DNA of 64,000 nucleotides from an uncultured Gammaproteobacteria bacterium (GCA_947259975.1 CAMYOD010000037.1:9522-73521), one strand, 5' to 3'. Positions 30,067 through 42,142 are shown, counted from the first letter of the stretch. Made by a program: numbers and translations. The notes: generated by a model not told the origin, from the letters alone.

Positions 30067-32658
30067 ATGAATATTGCATCTATTCTAGGTATCGACAGAT
30101 CCGGCAGACAACGTGCGCCGCGGACGCGCACCAAGTTGCGGCACCGGCTTGCCAGCGAGACGGAGCAGGCGCTGATTCGCCTGGTCATCGCGACGATGCT
30201 GCCGCTCTACTTGTACTACGCAATCCGGCACGATCCACACGTCGCGAGATCGGGCGCAGAGTTTCTTTATGTGGGCGGCGCAGTATTTCTGGTTACCGCG
30301 GTAGTGTTGTACGTGGCGGCACGTTTCAGTCTCATTCCCAGGCATGGACTGCGGGTTGGCGGGCTGGTCATCGATTTTCTGGTGCCCACATACTGCATGT
30401 ACTTCCTGGGTGAATATGGGGCGATCGGTTACACGATCTATCTCTGGGCCGTCATTGGGCATGGTTTCCGCTTCGGACCGCGCTATCTCGCTGCCGCCGG
30501 TTTGGTGGCGATCGCGGGGTTCGTATTCATTCTGGCGACGAACCCCTATTGGCAGACCCACAGGTTTTTGGGATTGGCATTACTTATAGGTCTTGTCGCC
30601 TTGCCCGCGTTCTTTCTCGTGCTCTCGCAAAAACTGATCGAGGCGAGGAATCGGGCGCGCGAGGCGAGTCGCGCCAAGAGTCGTTTCTTCGCAAACATGA
30701 GCCACGAGATTCGCACGCCGCTCAATGCCATCATCGGGATGAGCGATTTGCTGCAGGAATCCAACCTCGATAAGGAACATCAGGATGGCTTGAGCGCGAT
30801 CAATTCCTCTGGGCACATCTTGCTTGGTCTCGTGAATAATCTGTTGGATATGAGCAAGATTGAAGCGGGCAGGCTGGTGCTGGAGGATGCTGATTTCGAT
30901 CTGCATGAGTGCGTCAAGCAAACAGTAGAGATCACTAACGGGCGGGCGCAGGAAAAAGGACTGCGCCTATCTGTACACATTACCCCGGAAACACCATCGC
31001 TGTTGCGTGGGGATCCGTTGCGCCTGCAACAAATACTGTTGAACCTTGTCGGAAACGCAATCAAGTTTACGGATGAGGGCAGTGTGAAGCTGCGAGTATC
31101 GGCCATTCGCGAGATGAAGCGGGCGGCCGTATTGCGTTTCGAGGTAATCGATACGGGAATCGGGATTCCTAAAGAACTGCAGGCGCATATTTTCGGCCGC
31201 TTTGTGCAGGCCGACGAATCCACGACCCGCCAATATGGCGGCACGGGGCTTGGGACGGCGATCGCCAAGGATCTTGTCGAACTCATGGGCGGCAAGATAG
31301 GCGTCGAAAGTGAGCCGCAGGAGGGCAGCTGCTTCTGGTTTGAGGTCGAATTTCCGATTCAGGCGTCATCGGATGCGCTCGTCGATCAGCCGGCTTTCTT
31401 GCGTGACAAGCGGGTTCTTCTGGTCGCCCCGCGAGGCAATTCCGCGGATACCGTTTCGAAGTTTTTGACGGAATGGGGAATCGGGGAATGTTCAGCAACG
31501 ACCGCGGCGCAAGGTCTCGCGAAACTGATCTCCGGGGTCGAGGCAAACAACCCATTTCACGTTGCCATCGTCATTGACGATGACAGCAATGCGTTCGCCG
31601 AAGACTTCGCCCGGGTTGTGCATTCCGAGCCTGCACTTCGTGATGCTGCGTTGATCTTGATAACGCCGGGTGGAGATAAGTCGGACCTTGAGAAGGCGCA
31701 ACTCGACGGAGTGCGTGCAACTATCTCGACAAAAATCGATAAGACATCGTTATTCAATGCGCTGCATTTCGTACAGACTGAAGAGGCCGAGCAGCCGGGT
31801 ATAACACGTCTTGCTGAACGTTATGAAAGTAAGCGGCCTGCGAGCGCACCCCGTCACATCCTGATTGCAGATGATAATGTGGTCAATCAAAAAGTAATCG
31901 GTGAAATCTTGAAGCGCGCCGGCGACCACGTGCATATCGCCGGCAACGGCGAGGAAGCGCTCGATGCGCTTGAGGAGCAGGATTTTGACCTTGTTCTCAT
32001 GGACGTGCATATGCCGGTCTTGAGCGGTCTGGACGCCGCCAAGCTCTATCAGTTTTCGGCCGTAGGCAAGGAGCGCACACCGATAATCGCGCTAACAGCG
32101 GATGTGTCAACGGATATGGGCGAGCGCTGCAAAGCGGCTGGCATGATCGGCTATCTGGTCAAGCCGATCAATCGCAAGCGTCTTCTGGAAAGTATCGATT
32201 CAGTCTTGGGCGCGCACCAAGACATGCTGGGAGAAGGCGGTGAGATATTCGAGCAAGGCCAATCGGGACAGACTACCGATGACACCACCGAGCAGCCAAT
32301 GATTGATCCCGGCACCTTGCGTGAACTGGAAGAGCTTGGCGGTGGCACTGAGTTCGTCAAGGAATTGGTGGCCGAATTCCTTAACGAAACGCGAGATTTC
32401 TTGGCTGGAATGAACGTCGCTGCGCAAGAGCAAGATGCCGAACGGCTTTGGAGTCTGAATCACGCACTGAAAAACAGTTTCGCGTCCGTAGGCGCGACCC
32501 GACTGCTGGCAAAGTGCCGTGACTTTGAGCACGAGGATCGACAGGACATAATCGCAATCGCGCGCCAACACATCATTGAGCTAGAGCGCAATATGACCAC
32601 GCTGCGTAACGAACTGAGCGAGGTTGCGCTGCAACGCCAAAACGTCAAGGTCCGATAG
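30067..32658 (+). CDS. rpfC: membrane hybrid sensor histidine kinase (RpfC-like: TM sensor-HisKA-HATPase-REC-HPt)
   Basis: About 5 TM segments, an H-box FFANMSHEIRTPLN, N-box LLNLVGNAIKFT, G-box GGTGLGTAIAKDLVELMGG, a receiver with DLVLMDVHMPVLSGLD and a C-terminal HPt (HALKNSFASVGA). It lies immediately 3' of the HD-GYP regulator and convergent with a crotonase-family gene. Confidence 0.75.
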   Translation: MNIASILGIDRSGRQRAPRTRTKLRHRLASETEQALIRLVIATMLPLYLYYAIRHDPHVARSGAEFLYVGGAVFLVTAVVLYVAARFSLIPRHGLRVGGLVIDFLVPTYCMYFLGEYGAIGYTIYLWAVIGHGFRFGPRYLAAAGLVAIAGFVFILATNPYWQTHRFLGLALLIGLVALPAFFLVLSQKLIEARNRAREASRAKSRFFANMSHEIRTPLNAIIGMSDLLQESNLDKEHQDGLSAINSSGHILLGLVNNLLDMSKIEAGRLVLEDADFDLHECVKQTVEITNGRAQEKGLRLSVHITPETPSLLRGDPLRLQQILLNLVGNAIKFTDEGSVKLRVSAIREMKRAAVLRFEVIDTGIGIPKELQAHIFGRFVQADESTTRQYGGTGLGTAIAKDLVELMGGKIGVESEPQEGSCFWFEVEFPIQASSDALVDQPAFLRDKRVLLVAPRGNSADTVSKFLTEWGIGECSATTAAQGLAKLISGVEANNPFHVAIVIDDDSNAFAEDFARVVHSEPALRDAALILITPGGDKSDLEKAQLDGVRATISTKIDKTSLFNALHFVQTEEAEQPGITRLAERYESKRPASAPRHILIADDNVVNQKVIGEILKRAGDHVHIAGNGEEALDALEEQDFDLVLMDVHMPVLSGLDAAKLYQFSAVGKERTPIIALTADVSTDMGERCKAAGMIGYLVKPINRKRLLESIDSVLGAHQDMLGEGGEIFEQGQSGQTTDDTTEQPMIDPGTLRELEELGGGTEFVKELVAEFLNETRDFLAGMNVAAQEQDAERLWSLNHALKNSFASVGATRLLAKCRDFEHEDRQDIIAIARQHIIELERNMTTLRNELSEVALQRQNVKVR

Positions 32659-32699
32659 CGGGCTTGGCGCAAGCCAAGCCCGGGATTATCGGATTGCTG

Positions 32700-33599
32700 T
32701 TAGACCGCCTCGCGTGCGGGAATCTGAGGGAATGTGTCGCGGCGGGCTCGTTCCTGTGCCTTAAGTAGCCGTTCCATCTTGCGCGTATCCTTATCAGTTA
32801 GATTCATTGCCGCATCCGCCCACACGCCGGCAATCTCAATCAATTCGTCGTAGGTGATTGGACTGCAGACGCGTCGCGCCTTATCGATGGCAAGATATGA
32901 ATTCTGTTTTGATGCGACACGCCGAATATAGTCGCGCACCGTGGCGACTGCTTCGCCGGGATCGGCAACGGCGTCGATTACACCCATCTCGTGCAATTGA
33001 TCCGCATCATAGAGCCGGCCACTCAAAAGAAGATCTTGCGCCCGCTTGATATTCATTCGCTTGGCCAACAGACTGTATGCGCCAACGCCCGGAAAAAGAT
33101 TAAACAGGATTTCGGGAAAACCGAGTTGGGCACCGCGTTCGGCTACGATAAAGCTGCTCGATAGCGCGGCCTCCAGCCCGCCGCCAAGCGCATCACCGCG
33201 AATCATCGATATCGTAGTAATCGGCAGGTCGAGCGCGTTCAGATTTGCGTGTAGTACGTCCACGCACAGTCGCGCATAATCGAAGAGCGAATCACGTTCG
33301 CGGTTACGGACGCTGGACAAAACATAGGCCAGATCGCCGCCAAGATTAAACACATCCGGATACGCGGACGCATATACCATGAAGCGTACGGGCCGAGATT
33401 GGCCTTCGTGCTCAACTGTCCCGCCCTGGTCCTTGATATGGCGTTGCAGCTCACGAATCTCCCGGACCATTTCCTGCATCATGCATGGTCGTGGTTTCGG
33501 GTTCATGTAGTACCACAATGTTCCCGAATCGGGGTCGAAACGCGTGATTACTTGGTCGTAAAGTGTGGTCCGTGAATCGGATTTGGCGACTATCTGCAT
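32700..33599 (-). CDS. rpfF: crotonase/enoyl-CoA hydratase-family protein, RpfF-like (putative DSF-family signal synthase)
   Basis: 299 aa crotonase fold (...NLGGDLAYV..., GDALGGGLEAALSSSFIVAERGAQLGFPEILFNLFPGVGA). Its size and convergent arrangement with the RpfC-like kinase match Xanthomonas rpfF-rpfC. The function is inferred. Confidence 0.65.
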   Translation of the reverse strand: MQIVAKSDSRTTLYDQVITRFDPDSGTLWYYMNPKPRPCMMQEMVREIRELQRHIKDQGGTVEHEGQSRPVRFMVYASAYPDVFNLGGDLAYVLSSVRNRERDSLFDYARLCVDVLHANLNALDLPITTISMIRGDALGGGLEAALSSSFIVAERGAQLGFPEILFNLFPGVGAYSLLAKRMNIKRAQDLLLSGRLYDADQLHEMGVIDAVADPGEAVATVRDYIRRVASKQNSYLAIDKARRVCSPITYDELIEIAGVWADAAMNLTDKDTRKMERLLKAQERARRDTFPQIPAREAV

Positions 33600-34166
33600 C
33601 TTCCCGTCTCCTTGATGCCCGTGCGGACAGGTCCGCGTTGGTGAGTGAACTCGCTGTATGTCACTAATGACTCATGATTGTGCTGACGATGCGCTCCGTG
33701 ATGCAAAGCACGGTTCACCTGCAATCCTGTCTGTTATCCCCCACTTGCCAAGTGTCCTGCAACACGGACCGTCCGAAACCGCATACACTTCGTCGGAACG
33801 GCCATTAGTTTTTCTTAGGCCGGACATAATATCTCAAATGATCTAAATATCACTAACCAGGCCTGCGCCCGGGCGTTGCGCGAAGCCGTTGCGGCGGCGC
33901 CCAGGGCCCACCGCGTGCGGGCGGCGTCCGCGTGGGGCGGTCCAGTAGGATTTTCTAATATTCCTTGCAACTGGCAGCTTAGCTGGTATTTTTGGTCGCG
34001 GTCAGAGCACGGCATCGCGTCGGCTGCGGGAATGTGAGCGCGGTCACGGAAGCGGGCGGTGTATGATGCTTAAATACAATTGGCCCATGCGTCGATTTAG
34101 CGCAACTGCCCGGCTCCGACAGGCCACGCACGCCGGTGGGTTGTAGCCAGAAATATATGACTTGGA

Positions 34167-36749
34167 GTGTCAGAGTTCATGTTGTCACCGCTTAGCGTTC
34201 TCAATCCCGACAGCACGCATCGTGACGAGTCGGACAAGTATCAGGCCATTCTCAGGCTGTGTATCGGCGGCGTCGTATTCCTGTATGTCGTCTATCTCTT
34301 TGGTGTAAGTGCGGATGTGTCGACGGTGGGAGGTCGCGCCACCATCGCCTGTATCGCCTACTTGCTGTTCGCCGGCGCGCAACTCTTCTGGCTTAAGCTG
34401 CATCCCGGATCGGCATTGCTGCGCCGGATTCTCGGCATGAGCGTGGATATCCTCGCCACGACCTACGGCCTCATGGTGGCTGGTGAGGCGGGATCCGTAT
34501 TCTTTCCTCTGTATCTTTGGCTGATCATCGGCAACGGCATCCGTTTCGGCGAGCGTTTTCTTTTCGGCGGTGCGTTACTCAGTGCCGCTGCATTTGCGCT
34601 GGTGCTGACCCAGAATGCCTATTGGATTGAAAATCGATATCTCGGTGGCGCGCTTTTCGTCAGTCTGTTGGCGATACCGGCGTTTGTGGCTATTTTGCTG
34701 CGCGCCTTGAGGCGCGCGCGGGATACCGCCGAGGCGATCAGTAAAGCCAAGACCGAGTTTTTCACTAACATCAGTCGCCAGATCAAGGGACCACTCAATG
34801 GTGTGATTGGCGTGAGCGATCTGCTCAAGGGCACACAGCTCAATCGAAAACAGCGTGATTGGGTTGAAACCATCGATGCATCCGCCGCCACGGTGCTCGA
34901 CCTTATCGACAAGGTGATCGATATCAGCAGGCTGGAGTCTGGAGAGTTAAATCTGGATCTCAGCGGCTTCGATCTAAAACATGAGTTACGCCGCGTTGCG
35001 CATATGTTTCGACCGCAGGCCGCGACCAAAGGCCTCGGATTTCAGATTGTCGTGGATCCGGCGTTGCCCCGGTTTGTGAAGGGCGACCCGTTCCGACTGC
35101 GCCAGGTCCTGGCCAATCTTACCAGTAACGCAATCAAATTTACCCAAGAAGGCAAGATCAGACTCGCGGTAAAACGTATGGACGCGGGCGGGTCAGGCGC
35201 ACAGGTACGATTCGAGATAAGCGACAGCGGAATCGGCATGACGAAGGATGCACAGGATAGGGTATTTGAGCGCTTCATGCCGACGGACCAGCGAACCACG
35301 ATGCCGTTTGCGGGTGCCGGCCTCGGTGCGGCGATCGCCAAGGAATTGGTCGAGTTGATGGGTGGCGAGATCGGCGTGCGCAGCGACGTGGGTGTGGGAA
35401 CCACATTTTGGTTTGAGTTGCAGTTCGATTATCAGCCGGAAGCGCGGGAAGGTTTGTCCGAGCTGACGTCACAACAGCCGACGCGCGCTTTGATCATCGG
35501 GTCGGCCGCACGTGAGGTGGAGGCGATATCCGGTTTTCTCAGAGGCTGGGACATCGAAGTCGAGCATGCGATGGTGTTGGTGCATGGCTTCGAGCGCTTG
35601 CTTAGCGCCTCATTACATAACCTGCCTTTCGATGTGGTGGTCATTATCGGCGACGACAGCGACCTGTCTACGCCTCAGATCAGGGCGCTTCTGCGCCAGG
35701 ATGCGCACATCCGCGAGCCCTTGTTTATACGGGTACTCGAGCACGAATCACTCAGCGATACCGCTGTGGGCGCGGATTTGGACGGCCACGTGGTGCTGGG
35801 TGCGCCGGTGAATAAGTCGGAGTTGTTCCGCGCCATCAACATGTCGCATCTATCTGATTGGATGGAGGAAGTCACACCGAATCTGGTGGATTTTCAGAAG
35901 GCGGCGCAGGCGTCACGCGAGGATCGCAGCGGACCGCTCGAGATCCTGGTGGCGGAAGACAATGTCACCAATCAGACCGTGATCACCAAGATGCTCGAGC
36001 AGAAAGGCCACCGGGTCACAGTCGCTGAGAACGGCGAGATCGCACTGGATGCACTTGCGCATCAACGATTCGATCTGTTCCTGGTCGATCTGCATATGCC
36101 GGATATGAGCGGTTATGACGTGGTCAAGTTGTACCGGCTTAAACATTCCGAGGATGGCCAGACCCTTCCGATCGTTGCGCTCACTGCCGACACGACGATT
36201 GAGGCGCGGACCCGGTGCGCATTAGCAGGCCTTGATGGCGTGTTGTACAAGCCGGTGCGACCGCGCGAGCTGGATATTTTGCTCGACTCCCTCGATCTCA
36301 CGCCGAGAAGTGCGCCACGGGTGAGTGAGTTCGACGCGGTGGTAACAACGGATGAAGTGAAAGAGCCTGCCGTGGCTGATGAACTCGGGGACGGCGAAGA
36401 CTTTTTTGATATCGAGGTGTTGCGAGATCTGGAACGCCTGGAAGATGATGATGAATTTATTATCGAATTTCTCGGCACCTTCATGAGCGAGTCACGCCGC
36501 TTGATCGATCAGATCCAGCAGGCCGCGCAACAGTGCGAAGTTGTTCGCTTCCGCGACGCAATTCACGCCCTCAAGGGCAGCGCCGCCAATGTAGGCGCCA
36601 AGTCGCTTTCAGAATGTTGTGGGATTCTGCAGGAGATTGATGCCGAACAGTTCCTGTTGAATCGGACCAGCTATATGGACGAGGTTGCGCGGGAGTATGC
36701 GCGGGCGCGGGAATACATAAAGGCATACTTGCAACAGTATGCGGCATGA
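34167..36749 (+). CDS. RpfC-paralogous hybrid sensor protein with degenerate H-box (phospho-acceptor His replaced)
   Basis: Same architecture as the 30067..32658 protein and alignable with it. Their membrane domains are clearly homologous (YLWLIIGNGIRFGERFL versus YLWAVIGHGFRFGPRYL). The H-box reads FFTNISRQIKGPLN instead of FFANMSHEIRTPLN. The N/G boxes, the second receiver (DLFLVDLHMPDMSGYD) and the HPt (HALKGSAANVGA) are retained. Confidence 0.7.
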   Translation: MSEFMLSPLSVLNPDSTHRDESDKYQAILRLCIGGVVFLYVVYLFGVSADVSTVGGRATIACIAYLLFAGAQLFWLKLHPGSALLRRILGMSVDILATTYGLMVAGEAGSVFFPLYLWLIIGNGIRFGERFLFGGALLSAAAFALVLTQNAYWIENRYLGGALFVSLLAIPAFVAILLRALRRARDTAEAISKAKTEFFTNISRQIKGPLNGVIGVSDLLKGTQLNRKQRDWVETIDASAATVLDLIDKVIDISRLESGELNLDLSGFDLKHELRRVAHMFRPQAATKGLGFQIVVDPALPRFVKGDPFRLRQVLANLTSNAIKFTQEGKIRLAVKRMDAGGSGAQVRFEISDSGIGMTKDAQDRVFERFMPTDQRTTMPFAGAGLGAAIAKELVELMGGEIGVRSDVGVGTTFWFELQFDYQPEAREGLSELTSQQPTRALIIGSAAREVEAISGFLRGWDIEVEHAMVLVHGFERLLSASLHNLPFDVVVIIGDDSDLSTPQIRALLRQDAHIREPLFIRVLEHESLSDTAVGADLDGHVVLGAPVNKSELFRAINMSHLSDWMEEVTPNLVDFQKAAQASREDRSGPLEILVAEDNVTNQTVITKMLEQKGHRVTVAENGEIALDALAHQRFDLFLVDLHMPDMSGYDVVKLYRLKHSEDGQTLPIVALTADTTIEARTRCALAGLDGVLYKPVRPRELDILLDSLDLTPRSAPRVSEFDAVVTTDEVKEPAVADELGDGEDFFDIEVLRDLERLEDDDEFIIEFLGTFMSESRRLIDQIQQAAQQCEVVRFRDAIHALKGSAANVGAKSLSECCGILQEIDAEQFLLNRTSYMDEVAREYARAREYIKAYLQQYAA

Positions 36750-36767
36750 CGGATTGACCCGTCGCGC

Positions 36768-37625
36768 TCAGAACAACTCAAGCAACGCCGTCGCCGCATT
36801 GGTCAGCACCCGCTCGCGGTGATGTACGGTGCCCAGGGCACGATTGAGGGTGACGCCGGATACCTTCACCGCGTGGAGTTCTTTATCGAGCATCGTGCGC
36901 GGCAGTGCGCTCCAACCCAGTCCCACCGTCACCAGCATCTTGATGGTTTCCAGATAGTTCGTTTCCATCGTTACCCGCGCCTGTACATGTGATCGCGCCA
37001 GGGTGCGTTCGACCAGGTCCCGGGTAAAAGTGCCGGCACCGGGCAGGATGGCCGGTTGCCGGGTGAGGACAGCCGCGGAGACGCCGGCCTTCTTGCTAAA
37101 GGGGTGATCCCTGGCGACCACGATGTCCAGCGGGTCCTGCCATACCTTATTCACCACCAGGTTCGCCGGTGGCTCGAGGGGCAGCGTGACCACGCCCACT
37201 TCCAGGTCGCCGTGATCCACCGCCTGACAGACGGCCTCCGAGCCCATGAAGCGGAGCTGCAGATCCACCTCCGGGTAGCGGTGGATGAAGGTCCGCAAAA
37301 TCGGCGCTAGCCGGTGCAGACCGATATGATGGCTGGTGCCGAGGTGCAGGCGGCCGGCGACGCGATCGCTGAGGTTCTGTACCACCCGGCCCGCGTCATC
37401 CAGGTCCGCCAACAGCTGCCGCGCCCGCGGGAGCAGGGCCTGCCCGGCCTCCGTCAACGAAATCCGCCGGCCGATACGATTAAACAGGCGCGCGCCGAGC
37501 GCGTGCTCGAGGGCCGCGATCCGTTTACTCACCGCGGGCTGGGTGAGCTGGAGCTGGTCCGCGGCCCGGGAAAAGGAGTCGGTGTCGGCAACCGCCACGA
37601 AAGCCGCGAGCGCAGGGCTATCCAT
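36768..37625 (-). CDS. LysR-family transcriptional regulator
   Basis: N-terminal HTH (FVAVADTDSFSRAADQLQLTQPAVSKRIAALE) and a LysR substrate-binding domain; divergent from leuC. Confidence 0.8.
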   Translation of the reverse strand: MDSPALAAFVAVADTDSFSRAADQLQLTQPAVSKRIAALEHALGARLFNRIGRRISLTEAGQALLPRARQLLADLDDAGRVVQNLSDRVAGRLHLGTSHHIGLHRLAPILRTFIHRYPEVDLQLRFMGSEAVCQAVDHGDLEVGVVTLPLEPPANLVVNKVWQDPLDIVVARDHPFSKKAGVSAAVLTRQPAILPGAGTFTRDLVERTLARSHVQARVTMETNYLETIKMLVTVGLGWSALPRTMLDKELHAVKVSGVTLNRALGTVHHRERVLTNAATALLELF

Positions 37626-37718
37626 AACTAATTAGAATGTAAGTAATAATTAATATGAATTTGAGTAATTATACAGCGCTGGACTAAAATTGCTAATGGC
37701 TTTACGAGGTTACGGTTC

Positions 37719-39122
37719 ATGGCAGGTAAGACACTCTACGACAAGATTTGGGACGCGCACCGGGTGCGGCAGGATCCGGACGGCACGACCCTGCTCTATA
37801 TCGATCGGCACCTGGTGCACGAGGTGACCTCACCGCAGGCCTTCGAAGGTCTGCGCGTGGCAGGCCGGGCGCCGTGGCGGATCGATGCCAATCTGGCGGT
37901 ACCGGATCACAATGTGCCGACGCAGGATCGCGCCCAGGGCATCGCCGACCCGATCTCGCGCTTACAGGTCGAGACCCTGGATGGCAACTGCGTGGATTTC
38001 GGCATCACCGAATTCGCCATGAATGATGTGCGTCAGGGCATCGTGCATGTCATCGGGCCGGAGCAGGGCGCCACCCTGCCCGGGATGACCGTGGTCTGTG
38101 GTGACTCGCACACCTCCACACACGGTGCGCTGGGCGCGCTGGCGTTTGGTATTGGCACCTCGGAGGTCGAGCATGTGCTTGCAACCCAGTGCCTGATCCA
38201 GAAAAAGGCCAAGAACATGCGCGTGCGCGTGGATGGGACCCTGCCGCCGCGGGTGAGCGGTAAAGACGTGATTCTTGCCGTTATCGGTGAGATCGGTACC
38301 GCCGGCGGGACCGGACACACCATCGAATTCGCCGGCTCGGTGATTCGCGATTTGTCCCTCGAGGCGCGTATGACGGTCTGTAATATGACCATCGAAGCCG
38401 GCGCTCGCGCCGGCCTGGTGGCAGTCGATGACAAGACCATCGATTATGTGCGCGGCCGACCTTACGCGCCGCAGGGCGACTTGTGGGAGCAGGCGGTGAC
38501 CGCCTGGCGCAAACTGCGCTCCGACCCAGACGCGATTTTCGATCGCGAGATCGTCCTTGATGCCGCCACGATCCGCCCGCAGGTGTCCTGGGGCACGTCA
38601 CCGGAGATGGTGGCCGCGGTGGACGGCGTCGTCCCCGACCCGGCGCAGGAAGCGGACCCGGTGAAACGATCCGGCATCGAGCAGGCCCTGGCCTATATGG
38701 ACCTGCGCCCGCACACCGCCATCACTGATATTCGTCCGAACAAGATCTTTATCGGTTCCTGCACGAACTCCCGCATCGAAGATCTGCGCGCCGCCGCGGA
38801 CGTCGTGCGCGGACAGCGTATCGCCGAGAGCATCGATTTGGCGATGGTCGTGCCGGGGTCCGGCCTCGTGAAACAGCAGGCGGAGCACGAGGGTCTGGAT
38901 CGCGTATTTACCGACGCGGGATTCGAGTGGCGCGAACCGGGCTGCTCCATGTGCCTGGCGATGAACGCCGACCGTCTGGAGCCCGGCGAACGCTGCGCCT
39001 CCACGTCGAACCGGAATTTCGAGGGTCGCCAGGGGCAGGGTGGACGCACCCATCTGGTCTCGCCGGCCATGGCCGCCGCCGCCGCGGTCGCCGGGCATTT
39101 TGTCGATATTACGGCGTTATAA
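37719..39122 (+). CDS. leuC: 3-isopropylmalate dehydratase large subunit
   Basis: [14 protein letters not shown]... with an aconitase-family Cys ligand region (GSCTNSR...CSMCLAMN). Confidence 0.9.
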   Translation: MAGKTLYDKIWDAHRVRQDPDGTTLLYIDRHLVHEVTSPQAFEGLRVAGRAPWRIDANLAVPDHNVPTQDRAQGIADPISRLQVETLDGNCVDFGITEFAMNDVRQGIVHVIGPEQGATLPGMTVVCGDSHTSTHGALGALAFGIGTSEVEHVLATQCLIQKKAKNMRVRVDGTLPPRVSGKDVILAVIGEIGTAGGTGHTIEFAGSVIRDLSLEARMTVCNMTIEAGARAGLVAVDDKTIDYVRGRPYAPQGDLWEQAVTAWRKLRSDPDAIFDREIVLDAATIRPQVSWGTSPEMVAAVDGVVPDPAQEADPVKRSGIEQALAYMDLRPHTAITDIRPNKIFIGSCTNSRIEDLRAAADVVRGQRIAESIDLAMVVPGSGLVKQQAEHEGLDRVFTDAGFEWREPGCSMCLAMNADRLEPGERCASTSNRNFEGRQGQGGRTHLVSPAMAAAAAVAGHFVDITAL

Positions 39123-39138
39123 GGGAGACGCAGCGAAT

Positions 39139-39789
39139 ATGGAAATACTCACACAAATTCGTGCGTTGGTTGCGCCGCTTGATCGCGCCAATGTGGACAC
39201 CGACGCCATCATTCCGAAGCAGTTTCTGAAATCCATCAAGCGTACGGGTTTTGGGCCCAATCTCTTCGACGCATGGCGCTATCTGGACCATGGTGAACCG
39301 GGCATGGATTGTTCAACACGGCGACTCGATCCCGATTTCGTTTTGAATGCGTCGCGCTACCAGGGTGCACAGATTCTTCTCGCGCGGGACAACTTCGGCT
39401 GTGGTTCGTCCCGTGAGCACGCGCCGTGGGCGTTGTTGGATGCCGGTTTCCGCGTGATCATTGCACCCAGTTTTGCCGACATTTTCTATAACAACTGTTT
39501 CAAGAACGGCATCTTGCCCATTACGCTCCCGGCACACGTTGTGGATGAGTTATTCAGCGAGACCACGGCGACCGAGGGGTATACGCTGGATGTTGATCTC
39601 GAGGCACGGACGATCACCAAGCCGGATGACAGTCGCATTAGTTTCGACATCGACGAATTCCGCAGACACTGTCTTTTAAATGGGCTCGATGACATCGCTT
39701 TGACGTTACAACATGTGGACGAGATTCGCGCCTACGAAACACGCCGCCGCGCGGAAGCACCGTGGCTGTTTCCGGAATCGGCGTCCTGA
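39139..39789 (+). CDS. leuD: 3-isopropylmalate dehydratase small subunit
   Basis: From the internal Met [31 protein letters not shown] (LeuD consensus), with an RBS aagggag. The upstream extension of ORF 39040 was discarded. Confidence 0.9.
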   Translation: MEILTQIRALVAPLDRANVDTDAIIPKQFLKSIKRTGFGPNLFDAWRYLDHGEPGMDCSTRRLDPDFVLNASRYQGAQILLARDNFGCGSSREHAPWALLDAGFRVIIAPSFADIFYNNCFKNGILPITLPAHVVDELFSETTATEGYTLDVDLEARTITKPDDSRISFDIDEFRRHCLLNGLDDIALTLQHVDEIRAYETRRRAEAPWLFPESAS

Positions 39790-39823
39790 CGGCATGTACG
39801 GCGCGTAACAGCGGGATAAGGGT

Positions 39824-40906
39824 ATGACGAATAAGATTGCGGTACTGCCCGGGGACGGCATTGGTCCCGAGATCGTGGCCGAGGCGATAAAGGTGCTGGA
39901 ATGTCTGCGGCAGGATTTCGGCCTCGAAGTGGAACTGGAGTCCGCGGTCGTCGGTGGCGCCGGTTATGACGCCCATGGCGTGCCACTGCCACCGGCGACG
40001 TTGGATTTGGCGCGTGCCGCCGACGCGGTGCTGCTCGGGGCTGTCGGGGGCCCGCAATGGGAGTCCCTCGATATCGCCGTGCGCCCGGAAAGGGCGCTTC
40101 TGCAACTGCGCTCGGAGTTGGCGCTGTTCGCCAATCTACGCCCGGCGGTGCTGTTTCCGCAGCTTGCCGCGGCTTCCACGCTCAAGCCCGAAGTGGTCGC
40201 CGGGCTCGACATCATGATCGTGCGTGAACTGACCGGTGGTATCTATTTTGGCACGCCGCGTGGCGTGCATACGCGTACGGATGGGCAGCGCGAGGGCGTC
40301 AATACTTTGGTGTATGCCGAACACGAGATAGCCCGCATCGCGCGGGTCGCGTTTGATATCGCCACCAGGCGTGGCCGTCGTGTGTGCTCCGTCGATAAGG
40401 CAAATGTACTTGAATGTACCGAGTTGTGGCGCGAGGTCGTGACACAGGTGGCGGGGGATTACCCGGACATCGAACTCACGCACATGTACGTGGACAACGC
40501 CGCCATGCAGCTGGTACGTGACCCAAAGCAATTCGATGTGCTCGTGACCACGAACATGTTTGGGGATATCCTGTCCGATGCAGCGGCGATGCTGACCGGT
40601 TCCATCGGCATGCTGCCCTCGGCCTCGCTCGATGCACAGAGCAAGGGCATGTATGAGCCGATTCATGGCTCCGCACCGGACATCGCCGGCCGCGGCGTCG
40701 CCAACCCCTTGGCGACGATTCTGTCGTTGGCGATGATGTTGCGTTACACTTTGAATCAGCCGGAGTACGCCGTGCGCATCGAGGCTGCGGTGGCCCGGGT
40801 CCTTGATCAGGGCCTGCGTACCGCCGACATCTTCGCCGGTGACGGCGAGCAAGTGAGGACCGCGCAAATGGGCGATGCCGTCGTTGCCGCGTTACGTTCG
40901 TCGTAG
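39824..40906 (+). CDS. leuB: 3-isopropylmalate dehydrogenase
   Basis: [18 protein letters not shown]..., NMFGDILSD, and the isocitrate/isopropylmalate DH signature. Confidence 0.9.
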   Translation: MTNKIAVLPGDGIGPEIVAEAIKVLECLRQDFGLEVELESAVVGGAGYDAHGVPLPPATLDLARAADAVLLGAVGGPQWESLDIAVRPERALLQLRSELALFANLRPAVLFPQLAAASTLKPEVVAGLDIMIVRELTGGIYFGTPRGVHTRTDGQREGVNTLVYAEHEIARIARVAFDIATRRGRRVCSVDKANVLECTELWREVVTQVAGDYPDIELTHMYVDNAAMQLVRDPKQFDVLVTTNMFGDILSDAAAMLTGSIGMLPSASLDAQSKGMYEPIHGSAPDIAGRGVANPLATILSLAMMLRYTLNQPEYAVRIEAAVARVLDQGLRTADIFAGDGEQVRTAQMGDAVVAALRSS

Positions 40907-41038
40907 TTCCGTTCCCCGCTGTATTCCCCAACAATGGCTTGACCATCTGCCGGTCTGCGCACTACCTTCGGTCGCCGGAGTCGGGAAGCTCACCGGCATA
41001 TACAGGTTACTTGTCTATACTGCATACAACAGAGGTTA

Positions 41039-42061
<1,023 letters not shown>

Positions 42062-42142
42062 ACCATAGGTTATTTGCTATACATAAAGAGTGATCCCAGA
42101 ATCTAGCCCTAACTAACAGAAAAATAACTATTTTCTGGGTGT

